Made by a program: the position numbers and the translations under genes. Of a stretch of 64,000 nucleotides of DNA, positions 9,893 to 21,318 are shown piece after piece. The notes under the pieces were generated by a model that saw only the letters and a program-made list of their open reading frames with translations, was not told the DNA's origin and ran no database searches. Position 1 is the stretch's first letter; every line of letters starts with the position of its first letter. Location of the stretch: the NCBI GenBank assembly GCA_963558965.1, contig CAUWIT010000008.1, positions 11,423 through 75,422 of the forward strand, read 5' to 3'. This stretch comes from an uncultured Clostridia bacterium. GTDB lineage: Bacteria; Bacillota; Clostridia; Peptostreptococcales; Anaerovoracaceae.

Positions 9893-10837
9893 CTACCACA
9901 ATTTATCAACATCCTTGTTAGCCCAGTAATCTCTAAAGTGTTTTTCAAGTGTTGATACGTATTCACTGGCAATCTTGCTCATATTTTTACCTTTTTTAAT
10001 TATCCATCCAAATTCGCAATAGACTTTAGGATCAAGTGGAATATAACGTAACCCTTCATACCATTCACTATTAAAATCACGCTCTTTGTAGACATCTAAC
10101 ATAAATGCATCAGTTTTTCTAATAACTTCTTTTAAATGTTCAACGCTGCCTACTGAAATGTTTTCTTTTACTCTCTCATTTTTATTTACAATACGCTCGT
10201 AAATTACATCTGCCTCTTCAGCATAATACCCAGCAAAAGGAAATTGATTTAAGTATTCCAGCTTAATAGTTTTACCTTCCATTTTGTAAAATGGATTGCT
10301 TTCGCCGATTACTACACACATAACTTTTTTATCTATAAAATGGTATTCAACCCCTTGTCTTTTCATAGTTCTTAAATGTATCTCTCGATTGTCCACTGGA
10401 AAACGTACAAGACCTACTTCGGAAACACCGGAAGCTACATTTTCAATAGCTTCACTTACTGAACATTCCTGAATTTTAAATCTACAATGTTTCCCGTTGT
10501 ACTTGTTATATAACTCGATAAAAATATCTTTGCCTATAACACTGTAATTGTTTGATACAGATAAAACCATATCCCCTTCAATTTCTTTGTGTATGCTTTT
10601 TTTCATATTGTAAACTTGTTCACATATAGATCTACCCTGATTGTAAACTTCGATACCCATAGGAGTTAATGATACACCTTTGCTATCTCGCTCAATTAGT
10701 TGGCAACCTAATTCTTCCTCAAAATTTTTAATTGACGCACTTAAAGTTGATTGTGCTACATGTAAGTTAATGGCAGCTTTACTTATTGAGCCACATTCCT
10801 TAATTTTAATTAACTGCTCTAACTGTTCAAATTTCAT
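9893..10837 (-). CDS. LysR-family transcriptional regulator
   Basis: N-terminal HTH GSISKAAINLHVAQSTLSASIKNFEEELG; 314 aa. Confidence 0.92.
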   Translation of the reverse strand: MKFEQLEQLIKIKECGSISKAAINLHVAQSTLSASIKNFEEELGCQLIERDSKGVSLTPMGIEVYNQGRSICEQVYNMKKSIHKEIEGDMVLSVSNNYSVIGKDIFIELYNKYNGKHCRFKIQECSVSEAIENVASGVSEVGLVRFPVDNREIHLRTMKRQGVEYHFIDKKVMCVVIGESNPFYKMEGKTIKLEYLNQFPFAGYYAEEADVIYERIVNKNERVKENISVGSVEHLKEVIRKTDAFMLDVYKERDFNSEWYEGLRYIPLDPKVYCEFGWIIKKGKNMSKIASEYVSTLEKHFRDYWANKDVDKLW

Positions 10838-10880
10838 AATTTTGCCCTCATAATCATCAAATCTTTACCTTTACATCAAG

Positions 10881-10970
10881 ATTATACTACAAAAAAATAG
10901 CAATATCAATAATTCCGATAGTTACATATCAAAAACTTCTATAGCCACTTTTTACTTTTTGTTCTATAAT
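10881..10970. promoter_or_regulatory. Divergent LysR promoter region with two LTTR boxes
   Basis: Minus strand TTGATA(10904-10909)-17-TATAAT(10881-10886) for lysR; boxes TATCAATAATTCCGATA 10904-10920 and TATCAAAAACTTCTATA 10927-10943; plus-strand -10 TATAAT 10965-10970. Confidence 0.7.
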
Positions 10971-10976
10971 AAAGAC

Positions 10977-11123
10977 ATAGATAGTTTTGTTCTACTAAAT
11001 AATCTTGAAGGAGGCTCGAATTCCTCTTTGTGTAGCTTCCTTCTCAATAAGCTCTTTAATATAATAAATATTTTACATAAGCATTTTAAAAGACAGTGGT
11101 TTTACGGGCCACTGTCTTTTAAA
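10977..11123 (+). ncRNA. Candidate small RNA B divergent from lysR (hairpin with UUCCUC loop)
   Basis: Hairpin 11005-11047, strong terminator stem 11085-11123, no ATG-started ORF; inference only. Confidence 0.5.
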
Positions 11124-11177
11124 TTTATCTAAGATTTTTATAGTTGGTTTTAACGTTTTAACAACATAATCCCTAAA

Positions 11178-11221
11178 AAAAGAGATTCGAAACAGCTTTA
11201 ACAGCCAGTCGAATCTCTTTT
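11178..11221 (-). terminator. Terminator downstream of uvrA
   Basis: AAAAGAGATTCG...CGAATCTCTTTT inverted repeat with U tract on the minus strand. Confidence 0.65.
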
Positions 11222-11240
11222 CTAATTTATATATTTACTT

Positions 11241-14081
11241 CTATTTATTTAAAATTTTCTTTAGATACTTGCCTGTATACGATTGATCGTTAGCAGCGAT
11301 ATCCTCTGGTGTACCCTCAGCAATAACCATTCCACCTCGGAAACCTCCCTCAGGCCCTAAGTCTATAATATGGTCTGCTCGTTTTATCACATCTAGGTTG
11401 TGCTCGATTACAACTACTGTGTTTCCAGCATCCACAAGTTTATCTAAAACCTGGTTCAATCTGTCAACATCTGCAAAGTGCAATCCTGTAGTAGGCTCAT
11501 CGAGAATGTATATGTTTTTGCCTGTAGATCTCTTTGAAAGCTCAGAGGCTAGTTTTATACGCTGTGCTTCCCCACCGGATAACTGCGTTGAAGGCTGACC
11601 TAGCTTAATATATCCAAGGCCCACTTCTTCCAAAGTATCAAGCTGTCTTTTAATACTTGGAATATGCTCGAAAAACTTAACAGCTTCCGATATAGTCATA
11701 TCGAGAACTTCAAAGATATTTTTATCTTTGTATTTTACTTCCAAAGTTTCTCTATTGTATCTCTTGCCCTTGCACACTTCACAAGGTACATAGACATCAG
11801 GTAAAAAATGCATTTCTATTTTTATAATACCATCGCCGTTACAAGCTTCACATCTACCACCTTTTACATTGAAACTAAATCTACCCTTGTTGTATCCACG
11901 CATTTTAGCTTCTGGCACTTGTGCAAATAAATCTCTTATATGAGTAAACACTCCCGTGTATGTAGCTGGATTTGATCTAGGAGTTCTGCCTATAGGCTCT
12001 TGGTTTACATCAACTACTTTTTCTAGATTTTCGTAACCCTTTATCTCCTTGTGCTTACCAGGTTTGTGTTTAGCGTTGTTTAACTTGTTAGCCAAAGACT
12101 TGTACAAAATATCATTGATTAAACTTGATTTCCCTGAACCAGAAACACCAGTTACACAAGTCAATTTACCTAGTGGTATTTTTACATCAATGTCTTTTAG
12201 GTTGTTTTCGGCTGCTCCTATAATCTCAATAAATTTGCCGTTTCCCTCTCTTCGAGTTTCAGGCACTTGGATTTTTCTCTTGCCTGATAAATACTGACCA
12301 GTTATTGAATTAGGATTGTTTTTTATATCCTCAACTGTTCCCTGCGCAGTTACTTCTCCGCCGTGGACTCCTGCAGCTGGGCCAATATCTATAATATGAT
12401 CTGCTGCATACATAGTATCTTCATCATGTTCAACAACAATTAGAGTATTGCCTATATCAGTTAAGTTCCTTAAGGCCTCCAACAATTTATCGTTGTCTCT
12501 TTGATGAAGTCCTATGCTTGGTTCATCTAAAATATATAAAACTCCCACTAAACTTGAGCCTATTTGAGTTGCAAGTCTAATTCGCTGTGACTCTCCCCCT
12601 GACAAAGTTGCAGAAGCTCTTGAAAGTGTTAAATAATCAAGACCAACATCTATTAAAAATTGAAGTCTAGATTTGATTTCCTTTATAATCTGTTTAGCAA
12701 TGGCTTCTTCTTTTGGTGTAAATTGCAAGCTTTCTATAAATTCCTTCGCTTCTAGTATAGACATATCAGATAGCTCCGCAATATTTTTGCCACCTACTGT
12801 AACAGCAAGAACTTCCGGTTTCAACCTTTTGCCTTGACATGCTGGACATGGAGCTTCCATCATATATTTTTTAATACGCTCCTTCATAAATTCCGAATCA
12901 GTCTGCATAAATCTTCTTTCAAGATTTGGAATAACCCCTTCAAAAGAATCTTCCCTGTGACTAAGTGCACCTGTAGTCCTGCTTACATAGTCGTATTTTA
13001 CTTTTTTTGTACCAGTACCGTATAAAAGTTCTTTTTGAAGTTTCTTTGGCAAATCACACCATGGAGTGTAAACATCTACATCGTATTGGGCCGCTAGAGC
13101 ATCTATCATCTGTCGATAAAATCTACCATCTTCCATAGAAGCAAAAGCATTTCCAAAAACACCATCGTATATGCTTTTTGTTTCATCCTCGATTAACAAT
13201 TCTGGATCAATACGCTGTAAAAACCCTAAACCGTTACATTCGGGACAAGCCCCAAAAGGACTGTTGAATGAAAACATACGAGGTTCCATTTCTTCTATGC
13301 TTATACCGTGTTCAGGGCAAGCCAAAGAAGTGCTAAAAGTTTTTTCATAAGACTCTCCGTCCTTTGAAATTAAAACTTGTATAAGTCCATCGCCGTGAGC
13401 GATTGCAAGTTCGCAAGCCTCGCTTAAACGACCTTCAACCCCTTCTCTTACAACAATTCTATCCACTACAATTTCAATAGTATGCTTAAAAGTTTTTTCA
13501 AGTTTAATCTCATCTTCTTCTAGCATATAGATTTCTCCATCCACTCTAACCCTTGAAAAACCTTCTTTTCTTATTCTCTCTAGGATTTTTTCATGAGTAC
13601 CTTTTCGCTGTCTAACAACGGGAGCAAGCATTGTAAGTCTAGTTTTTTCACCTAGCTCCATAAGAGTATCCACAATCTGGTCAACCGATTGAGAAGAAAT
13701 CTCCCTGCCGCAAATAGGACAGTGGGGCACGCCTATACGAGCATACATAAGTCTTAAATAGTCGTGGATTTCAGTAACTGTACCTACAGTAGATCTTGGA
13801 TTTTTACTAGTAGTCTTTTGGTCTATAGAAATAGCCGGTGAAAGACCTTCGATGTATTCCACATTTGGTTTTTCCATCTGTCCTAAAAACTGTCTAGCAT
13901 AAGCTGACAAACTTTCTACATATCGTCTCTGTCCCTCTGCATAAATCGTATCAAAAGCCAAAGAGCTTTTGCCAGAACCAGAAAGCCCTGTTAAAACTAC
14001 AAATTTATCTCGAGGAATAACCACATCTATATTTTTTAAATTATTTTCGTTTGCACCTTTTATAATTATGTCTTTTTGCAT
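11241..14081 (-). CDS. uvrA: Excinuclease ABC subunit A
   Basis: Two ABC ATPase sites ([21 protein letters not shown] twice) and Zn fingers; start at 14081 after SD GAGG. Confidence 0.97.
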   Translation of the reverse strand: MQKDIIIKGANENNLKNIDVVIPRDKFVVLTGLSGSGKSSLAFDTIYAEGQRRYVESLSAYARQFLGQMEKPNVEYIEGLSPAISIDQKTTSKNPRSTVGTVTEIHDYLRLMYARIGVPHCPICGREISSQSVDQIVDTLMELGEKTRLTMLAPVVRQRKGTHEKILERIRKEGFSRVRVDGEIYMLEEDEIKLEKTFKHTIEIVVDRIVVREGVEGRLSEACELAIAHGDGLIQVLISKDGESYEKTFSTSLACPEHGISIEEMEPRMFSFNSPFGACPECNGLGFLQRIDPELLIEDETKSIYDGVFGNAFASMEDGRFYRQMIDALAAQYDVDVYTPWCDLPKKLQKELLYGTGTKKVKYDYVSRTTGALSHREDSFEGVIPNLERRFMQTDSEFMKERIKKYMMEAPCPACQGKRLKPEVLAVTVGGKNIAELSDMSILEAKEFIESLQFTPKEEAIAKQIIKEIKSRLQFLIDVGLDYLTLSRASATLSGGESQRIRLATQIGSSLVGVLYILDEPSIGLHQRDNDKLLEALRNLTDIGNTLIVVEHDEDTMYAADHIIDIGPAAGVHGGEVTAQGTVEDIKNNPNSITGQYLSGKRKIQVPETRREGNGKFIEIIGAAENNLKDIDVKIPLGKLTCVTGVSGSGKSSLINDILYKSLANKLNNAKHKPGKHKEIKGYENLEKVVDVNQEPIGRTPRSNPATYTGVFTHIRDLFAQVPEAKMRGYNKGRFSFNVKGGRCEACNGDGIIKIEMHFLPDVYVPCEVCKGKRYNRETLEVKYKDKNIFEVLDMTISEAVKFFEHIPSIKRQLDTLEEVGLGYIKLGQPSTQLSGGEAQRIKLASELSKRSTGKNIYILDEPTTGLHFADVDRLNQVLDKLVDAGNTVVVIEHNLDVIKRADHIIDLGPEGGFRGGMVIAEGTPEDIAANDQSYTGKYLKKILNK

Positions 14082-14111
14082 TAGTTTCCTCACATTAGAT
14101 TTTATTGAAAA

Positions 14112-16079
14112 TTACAGCCTTGCCTTGTATTGAAAAACTTGATCTCTAATCATAGCCGCCTTTTCAAATTGCAAGTCCGCCGCTGCTTTTTTCATTTCTT
14201 TTTCCAATTTCTTTACAAATTCTTTTAATTCCTTTTTAGTCATTTCCAAAGGCTTTTTATCAACCACTTCATCTTCAACAGCCTTAGTCGCCTCAATAAC
14301 TTCACGCACAGATTTTTTAATAGTTTGCGGCGTTATGCCGTGTTCCTCATTGTACTTCATCTGTATTTCACGTCTTCTAGCAGTTTCATCTATAGCATAT
14401 TGCATAGCAGGACTTATTTCATCAGCATACATCACAACTCTGCCCTGAGCATTTCTTGCAGCTCGCCCAATAGTTTGCACCAGCGAAGTTTCATTCCTCA
14501 AAAAACCACGCTTGTCAGCGTCTAAAATTGCTACCAAGCTAACTTCAGGTATATCAAGTCCCTCTCTTAAAAGGTTGATGCCCACCAAAACATCGAAAAC
14601 ATCCATTCGCAAGTCGCGTATTACCTCAAGTCGCTCTAAGGTGTCAATTTCGCTGTGGAGATATCTTACTTTTACCCCCGCGGATTTTAGATAATCAGTT
14701 AAAGACTCAGACATTTTTTTAGTCAATGTAGTTACAAGAACCTTGTTGCCCTTTTCAACTTCCTTGTTGATTTCCCCAAGGAGATGGTCTATTTGTCCTT
14801 CAGTAGGAATGACACTTATCTCAGGGTCAAGGAGTCCTGTTGGTCTTATAATTTGTTCTGCGCTTATACCGCCTGATTCCTCTTTTTCATAATCAGCTGG
14901 AGTAGCACTGACATACATAATCTTATCCTTGATTTTTTCGAATTCTTCAAACTTAAGAGGTCTGTTATCTAGTGCTGATGGCAATCTAAAACCGTAATCA
15001 ACTAATGAGCTTTTTCTTGATCTATCCCCTGCGTACATGGCTCTAAGCTGAGGCAACATAACGTGGGATTCGTCAATAATAATCAAGAAATCATCTGGAA
15101 AATAGTCTATTAGGGTATATGGTCTAACTCCCGGCTCTAGTCCGTTTAAATGGCGAGAATAATTTTCAATGCCCTTGCATCTGCCTATTTCTCTTAGCAT
15201 TTCAAGGTCGTACCTAGTTCTCTGCTCTATTCTCTGAGCTTCGAGAAGTTTGCCCTCAGACTTAAACCATTCCACCCTCTCATTTAGCTCCTCCGAAATA
15301 GTGCCCAAGGCCCTTTCCATATTTTCTTCGGTTGTTACATAGTGGGATGCAGGATAAATCGCTACGTGATTTCTAAGTGCAATTATTTCTCCTGTAATTG
15401 GATTTAACTCTTTTATAGTTTCCACTTCATCTCCAAAGAGCTCTATTCTAACTGCATTTTCCTCGCCTACTGGGAAAATATCGATAATATCTCCACGCAC
15501 TCTAAAAGTACCACGCTCAAAAGCTAGATCGTTTCTGTCATATTGTATATCGACAAGTTTTCTCATAAGCTCTTCCCTAGGTTTTTCCATACCTGGTCTA
15601 AGTGATATAACTTGTTTTTCATAGTCGATAGGCGAACCTAAACCGTAAATACATGAAACAGAAGCCACTATAATTACATCGTTTCTCTCACCTAAAGCTG
15701 CTGTTGCACTGTGACGCAACTTTTCTATTTCCGCATTTATATCCGAATCTTTTTCAATATATGTATCCGTTGAAGCAACATAAGCCTCTGGCTGATAATA
15801 ATCGTAATAACTTACAAAGTATTCTACTGCATTTTCAGGAAAAAACTCCTTCATCTCTCCATGAAGCTGGGCAGCCAGTGTCTTATTGTGGGAAATTATA
15901 AGGGTGGGTTTTTGCATTTTTTCTATAACATTTGCCATTGTATAAGTTTTACCCGAACCTGTAACACCCAAAAGAGTCTGTGCTTTTTTCCCCGATTTAA
16001 AGCCATTTACAAGTTTTTCTATAGCTTGAGGTTGATCACCTGTTGGCTCAAATGGAGCATGCAACTTAAACTCAGCCAT
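14112..16079 (-). CDS. uvrB: Excinuclease ABC subunit B
   Basis: [18 protein letters not shown] beta-hairpin, DESH, C-terminal UVR domain. Confidence 0.97.
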   Translation of the reverse strand: MAEFKLHAPFEPTGDQPQAIEKLVNGFKSGKKAQTLLGVTGSGKTYTMANVIEKMQKPTLIISHNKTLAAQLHGEMKEFFPENAVEYFVSYYDYYQPEAYVASTDTYIEKDSDINAEIEKLRHSATAALGERNDVIIVASVSCIYGLGSPIDYEKQVISLRPGMEKPREELMRKLVDIQYDRNDLAFERGTFRVRGDIIDIFPVGEENAVRIELFGDEVETIKELNPITGEIIALRNHVAIYPASHYVTTEENMERALGTISEELNERVEWFKSEGKLLEAQRIEQRTRYDLEMLREIGRCKGIENYSRHLNGLEPGVRPYTLIDYFPDDFLIIIDESHVMLPQLRAMYAGDRSRKSSLVDYGFRLPSALDNRPLKFEEFEKIKDKIMYVSATPADYEKEESGGISAEQIIRPTGLLDPEISVIPTEGQIDHLLGEINKEVEKGNKVLVTTLTKKMSESLTDYLKSAGVKVRYLHSEIDTLERLEVIRDLRMDVFDVLVGINLLREGLDIPEVSLVAILDADKRGFLRNETSLVQTIGRAARNAQGRVVMYADEISPAMQYAIDETARRREIQMKYNEEHGITPQTIKKSVREVIEATKAVEDEVVDKKPLEMTKKELKEFVKKLEKEMKKAAADLQFEKAAMIRDQVFQYKARL

Positions 16080-16152
16080 AAGATTTTCTCCTTTCGTACA
16101 TATTTATCTTACTTTTATCTTAACATTTAGATTATATCACAATATAAAATTA

Positions 16153-17352
16153 TCAATCATGTAAAGTGCTGTATTCTAAACCTAAAGCACTTTTTCTATA
16201 ACAAATTCTTTTCTTATCGCCTATAGATGTGCTTTCGTACTCACTTCTTGACACTGTATAAATTTTTCTTTCTCCGTTGCAATATACATATAGCTCCCTG
16301 TCTCTAGTTTTGCCACTGCTAATATGTTTTTCTATAACAACTACTTCTTGATGTGTTGTGCCATCTACAGTCGTTAAAAAATTCACTGGAAAACAAATTG
16401 TAAATGCAATCAAAAAAGCGGCAAAAGCAACTGAAAGTTTTCGAGCAAACCTTTGATTTTCTTCACATCTTGAGGACTTAATTATAAATGGTATCAAAAG
16501 TATTACTGTAGTAATTGCTGTAAACTTCATATAGCTTCCAAAATCATAATTAAATAACTTAGATACATTTAAACATAAAAGAAATGCAATTGCAGCTCCA
16601 ATAACCGGCATTTGATACACATCTTGCCCTCTTTTAGTTTTCACATCTATAAAAATATACGGATAATATTTAATATACAAAGCGTATTCGATTAATAGAA
16701 CAGCAATAAATATAATCATCATAGACTTGCCGTTTACAAAATATGCAACAACATCACCTAATATAAGCAACCATCCCACAATCTTAATGATTTTTCTATT
16801 TTTTTCGATTTCCTCTTTTTCCTTTACTTTAACCATTTTTTGGGCTATTTTCCCCTCGTTAAAAACAGACTTATAGTAATTTCGCTCAATCCAGTTTAGG
16901 GCACAAACAAACTTTGACACGTCTTTGCCTTGCTCTACTAAAACGCCAAAATCTACAAACTCTATGCCATTCCTGTCTAACGCATCAAACAAAACTTCTT
17001 CATTTTTTAACATTGTATCCAAAGTGATTATTCTGTTGTATTTTTTGTCTATAAGTGCAAATTGCACCCTATCACTTAAAGGAACTGCTAAGATGCAGCG
17101 AATGTCCCCATACTTCACATGCTGCTCCTTTTTAATTAGATAGCTAAAAACAATTTCATCTTCATTTACCACAATCAACTGCTTTTTGTAAGCTAAAATC
17201 AAAACTATTCCCAAGATAACAAAAGGCATAAAGCAAATCCCAGCTCCAATGTGACCCGTAATAAATGTTGCAATCACAATTACACCAAACACCGCCGTTG
17301 TTACTAACCCTATATTTTTAACTAATTTACTCAATCTAACTACATTGTCCAT
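16153..17352 (-). CDS. Hypothetical multi-pass membrane protein (possible bacterial PH-like domain near the N-terminus)
   Basis: Several hydrophobic segments; start at 17352 after SD GGAG; no family recognised with confidence. Confidence 0.6.
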   Translation of the reverse strand: MDNVVRLSKLVKNIGLVTTAVFGVIVIATFITGHIGAGICFMPFVILGIVLILAYKKQLIVVNEDEIVFSYLIKKEQHVKYGDIRCILAVPLSDRVQFALIDKKYNRIITLDTMLKNEEVLFDALDRNGIEFVDFGVLVEQGKDVSKFVCALNWIERNYYKSVFNEGKIAQKMVKVKEKEEIEKNRKIIKIVGWLLILGDVVAYFVNGKSMMIIFIAVLLIEYALYIKYYPYIFIDVKTKRGQDVYQMPVIGAAIAFLLCLNVSKLFNYDFGSYMKFTAITTVILLIPFIIKSSRCEENQRFARKLSVAFAAFLIAFTICFPVNFLTTVDGTTHQEVVVIEKHISSGKTRDRELYVYCNGERKIYTVSRSEYESTSIGDKKRICYRKSALGLEYSTLHD

Positions 17353-17377
17353 AACCTTTTCTCCTTTATTTCCCTCA

Positions 17378-18268
17378 TTATAAATTGGATTTATCCGCAA
17401 GCTCCACCAATTTTAAAACATCTTCATCGGCATCTAAGCTATATAAAAGTCCATACGGGATACTGTAATCCCAACGAACAGGTATAGATACAAGACCTGG
17501 ATGAACTTCCTGCCAACACTCAATCGTTAGCAAAACATTTTCCGTTTCGGCACACCTGTTAAACACAGATAAATCGTAAAATTGTGGTGTATCCTCAATA
17601 TGTATCTTTGGATGGTTTTTTTCTAAATCATTTCGTATAAAATCATTTACCCCCGAATCTCCTTTACTAACCATCATCAATGTATACCCGTATAAATCCT
17701 CAACATCGATACAAGATTTATTTGCTAGGGGATGATCACGAGCAACTGCAATCATCTTTTTGTACCTGCCAAGAGGCAAAAAATTACATAGAGATAGCCA
17801 CGCCTTGGAATCGCAAACACCAATTAAAAAATCAAATTTTTCACCGAGTTTCTTTATTTCAGATAAAATCCCCTCATGGTCATCCTCAAAAGGCACAAGG
17901 TGCAATTTGTAATCTGGAAAATGATTGTTAATCTTGTACCACAGATCTATGAATGGCTTTGCTGGGTTTAGCATAGAAGTGCCTACGCAAAAGGTTGTAT
18001 CGCATCTCCCTGACATTTCAACCGCTTCCGAAATAGACTTGTTGGAATAGTCAATCATAAACTTAGCATTGCGATAAATCACCTCACCCGCTGCTGTCAA
18101 CCTAACACCAGCCGATGTTCTATCTATTAATTTTAAGTTCAGATGTTCCTCTAAACTGTTCATCTGTTTCATCACAGCAGTTGGAGATATAAAAAGCTCA
18201 TCAGCTGCTTTTGTAAAACTTCCACAGTTTACAACCGTTATAAAAGTATTGAGTAATGGATTGTACAT
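17378..18268 (-). CDS. LysR-family regulator divergent from the redox cassette
   Basis: GSFTKAADELFISPTAVMKQMNSLE HTH; start 18268 after SD AGGAGG; T-N11-A palindrome TATAAACTTTTAGTTTATA at 18280-18298. Confidence 0.9.
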   Translation of the reverse strand: MYNPLLNTFITVVNCGSFTKAADELFISPTAVMKQMNSLEEHLNLKLIDRTSAGVRLTAAGEVIYRNAKFMIDYSNKSISEAVEMSGRCDTTFCVGTSMLNPAKPFIDLWYKINNHFPDYKLHLVPFEDDHEGILSEIKKLGEKFDFLIGVCDSKAWLSLCNFLPLGRYKKMIAVARDHPLANKSCIDVEDLYGYTLMMVSKGDSGVNDFIRNDLEKNHPKIHIEDTPQFYDLSVFNRCAETENVLLTIECWQEVHPGLVSIPVRWDYSIPYGLLYSLDADEDVLKLVELADKSNL

Positions 18269-18387
18269 TTTACACCTCCTATAAACTTTTAGTTTATACG
18301 ATAGTAACATATGGGAGATTCCATGTCAACGCACACTTGTGTTATCCTAAACTCGATAAAAGAAATGTGAGAAAGGTGGTATAGATT

Positions 18388-18894
18388 ATGGCAAAAAAAC
18401 TCATTGCATTTTATTCTAGAGCTGATGAAAACTATGTCAATGGCACATTAAAAATGCTAACTGTTGGAAATACAGAAATTGCAGCTGGCATAATAAAAGA
18501 CCTAACGGGAGGAGATTTTCTGCATATAGAACAAGTCATTCCTTACTCAAAAGGATACAACGATTGCACAGCTGAGGCAAAAAAAGATCAACAGCAAAAT
18601 GCTAGACCTAAGTTAAAATACTATCCTAAATCTATTGACGACTACGATGTTATCTACTTAGGTTATCCAAATTACTGGAGCACCATGCCAATGGCAGTAT
18701 TTACATTTTTGGAACACTATGATTTTTCCGGAAAAACTATAAAGCCATTTTGCACTCACGAAGGCAGCGGTTTAGGCAGCAGTATTTCGGATATAAAAAA
18801 ACTTTGCCCTGAAGCAACAGTTGAAAAAGGAATTGCTATCTACGGTAGCAATGTTGAAAAATCAAGAAAAGATATAGAAAGTTGGGTGAGATAA
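18388..18894 (+). CDS. Flavodoxin-like protein
   Basis: YSRADENY...GNTE, GYPNYWSTMP, PFCTHEGSG. Confidence 0.85.
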   Translation: MAKKLIAFYSRADENYVNGTLKMLTVGNTEIAAGIIKDLTGGDFLHIEQVIPYSKGYNDCTAEAKKDQQQNARPKLKYYPKSIDDYDVIYLGYPNYWSTMPMAVFTFLEHYDFSGKTIKPFCTHEGSGLGSSISDIKKLCPEATVEKGIAIYGSNVEKSRKDIESWVR

Positions 18895-18895
18895 T

Positions 18896-19660
18896 ATGAA
18901 AAAAGTAACAGCAGGTAGAGATGCATTAGGTAAATTTGCACCTAAATTTGCACAGTTAAATGACGATGTTCTTTTCGGTGAAGTATGGTCAAGAGAAGAC
19001 AAAATGTCACCTCACGATCGCTCAATGGCTACAGTTACAGCTTTGGTCGCTCAAGGCATTTGCGACAGCTCCCTAGAACATCACCTAATTACAGCAAAAG
19101 AAAATGGCATTACAAAAACTGAAATCTCAGAGTTATTAACTCATATAGCCTTTTACGTTGGCTGGCCAAAAGCCTGGGCTGCATTTAGACTAGCAACAGA
19201 AGTTTGGAAAGAACCCACTGACCAAAATTCAAATAAACAGGATTTAAAAGCTACCCATCAAGGTTCAATGATATTTCCTATTGGAGAACCAAATGACGGT
19301 TTTGCGAAATATTTTGTTGGACAAAGTTATCTAGCACCCCTATCAACAGAACAAGTAGGTATCTTCAATGTTACCTTTGAACCAGCTTGCCGCAATAACT
19401 GGCATATCCACAAAGCCTCAAAAGGCGGCGGCCAAATACTTATCTGTATAGCTGGCAAAGGATATTATCAAGAATGGGGCAAGGATGCTCAGTTGCTTGT
19501 GCCTGGCGATGTAGTAAATATCCCACCAGGAGTTAAGCATTGGCACGGCGCTGTAAAAGATAGCTGGTTTTCACATATTGCTATTGAAGTGCCTGGAGAA
19601 GATACACAAACACAATGGTGTGAACCAGTTTGTGATGAAGAATACGGAAAACTTAAATAA
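18896..19660 (+). CDS. Carboxymuconolactone decarboxylase-like plus cupin fusion protein
   Basis: CMD-like helices with FYVGWPKAW; cupin motifs NNWHIH and GVKHWHGA. Confidence 0.85.
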   Translation: MKKVTAGRDALGKFAPKFAQLNDDVLFGEVWSREDKMSPHDRSMATVTALVAQGICDSSLEHHLITAKENGITKTEISELLTHIAFYVGWPKAWAAFRLATEVWKEPTDQNSNKQDLKATHQGSMIFPIGEPNDGFAKYFVGQSYLAPLSTEQVGIFNVTFEPACRNNWHIHKASKGGGQILICIAGKGYYQEWGKDAQLLVPGDVVNIPPGVKHWHGAVKDSWFSHIAIEVPGEDTQTQWCEPVCDEEYGKLK

Positions 19661-19684
19661 ATAAAATGGGAGGAGAAGAATTCT

Positions 19685-20542
19685 ATGAATTACATTACAT
19701 TATCAAATGGTGTAAAAATGCCACAACTTGGATACGGTGTATATCAAGTAACAAAAGACGAATGTGAACGTTGCGTATCAGATGCACTAAAAGTAGGATA
19801 TCGCTCTATCGATACAGCACAATCTTATTTCAATGAAGAAGAAGTTGGAAATGCAATTGCAAAATCCGGTATCCCAAGAGAAGAAATTTTCTTAACATCA
19901 AAAGTTTGGATTGAACACTATGGATACGAAGAATGCAAAAAAAGTGTACTTGAATCTCTAGAAAAACTAAAGACTGACTATATAGATTTGATGCTACTTC
20001 ATCAGCCCTTTGGCGATTATTACGGTGCTTGGAGAGCACTAGAAGAACTTTACGAAAAGGGTAAACTTCGAGCTATTGGTATCTCTAACTTTTATCCAGA
20101 CCGTATGATTGATATCGCATCTTTTTCAAAAATCAAACCTATGGTAAATCAAATTGAAATTCATCCTCACAATCAGCAAGAAACTGCGAAACAATGGAAC
20201 GAAAAATATGGTTTACAATTGGAAGCATGGGCACCATTTGGAGAAGGTAGAAGCGGAATGTTTGACCTGCCCGAATTAAAAGCTATCGGAAGCAAATATG
20301 GTAAAACACCAGCACAAGTTATGCTTCGCTGGCATCTACAAAGAGGAATCGTTGTCATTCCTAAGTCAACACATATAGAGCGAATGGAAGAAAATCTAGA
20401 TGTTTTTGATTTTGAACTAAATGCTGACGAAATGGCTCAAATTGCACTTTTGGATAAAAAAGAAAGTTCATTCTTTTCACATTGTGATCCGAATACAGTA
20501 GAATTTTTTGTCGATTTAGTTGAAAAGCGTAAAAATAATTAA
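19685..20542 (+). CDS. Aldo/keto reductase (2,5-diketo-D-gluconate reductase-like)
   Basis: GYRSIDTAQSY, TSKVW, LLHQP, IPKS. Confidence 0.92.
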   Translation: MNYITLSNGVKMPQLGYGVYQVTKDECERCVSDALKVGYRSIDTAQSYFNEEEVGNAIAKSGIPREEIFLTSKVWIEHYGYEECKKSVLESLEKLKTDYIDLMLLHQPFGDYYGAWRALEELYEKGKLRAIGISNFYPDRMIDIASFSKIKPMVNQIEIHPHNQQETAKQWNEKYGLQLEAWAPFGEGRSGMFDLPELKAIGSKYGKTPAQVMLRWHLQRGIVVIPKSTHIERMEENLDVFDFELNADEMAQIALLDKKESSFFSHCDPNTVEFFVDLVEKRKNN

Positions 20543-20553
20543 GGAGGATTTAG

Positions 20554-21093
20554 ATGAGTAAAAATGTTTTAATTTTATCAGGAAGCCCAAGGAAAAATGG
20601 CAACTCCGATTTGTTGTGTGATGAATTTATGCGTGGCGCCATAGAGAGCGGCAATAAAGTTGAAAAAATAAGGGTGGCCGACAAAAAAATTGCTCCGTGT
20701 TCCGGTTGCTATTACTGCAACTCTCACAATGGCCAATGTGCCCATAAGGATGATATGGCCGATATTTTGCAGAAGATTATCGATGCTGATGTGATCGTCC
20801 TTAGCTCCCCTGTTTATTTTTATTCAATTAGCGCTCAGCTAAAGGCTGTAATCGACCGCACAGTTGCCAGATGGCTTGAGGTGAAAAACAAGGAATTTTA
20901 TTATATTGTGACAATGGCCGATGAAGATCTTGCATCTGCTGATACGACTCTCGCTTGTTTCCGCGGCTATGCCGATTGCGTTGAATGCGCTGTTGAAAAA
21001 GGCGTTGTAATCGGGAATGGCGTTTACGATATTGGTGAAGTAAGAGAGACTGCTGTTCCAATGCAGGCATACGAAATGGGAAAAAGCGTTTGA
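20554..21093 (+). CDS. Iron-sulfur flavoprotein / NADPH-dependent FMN reductase family
   Basis: GSPRKNGNS, CSGCYYC...C, SSPVYF. Confidence 0.87.
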   Translation: MSKNVLILSGSPRKNGNSDLLCDEFMRGAIESGNKVEKIRVADKKIAPCSGCYYCNSHNGQCAHKDDMADILQKIIDADVIVLSSPVYFYSISAQLKAVIDRTVARWLEVKNKEFYYIVTMADEDLASADTTLACFRGYADCVECAVEKGVVIGNGVYDIGEVRETAVPMQAYEMGKSV

Positions 21094-21318
21094 TTTGATT
21101 GAATTCGATTCAATTAAGTACAAGGTGCAGACGACCGAAGGTTGCGACCTGCGTACCTCGGTGGAATCAATGGTAAATGTAAAAGGACTCCAAGTCAAAA
21201 ATGACATGGAGTCCTTTGGTTTGCTAACTTTAATTTTTGATATTACGGCTAGCAAAGAACAATTTAAAAAGTTCCATATTAGTTAATACTAGACCATAAA
21301 AGATTAATTACTTTTAAC

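Noticed and set aside
16080-16152. SOS box for uvrBA
   Set aside because: No GAAC-N4-GTTC-like site with at most one mismatch was found
21095-21286. 63-codon TTG-started ORF after the flavoprotein gene
   Set aside because: No SD; looks like a truncated ACT-like gene remnant, and no family could be assigned
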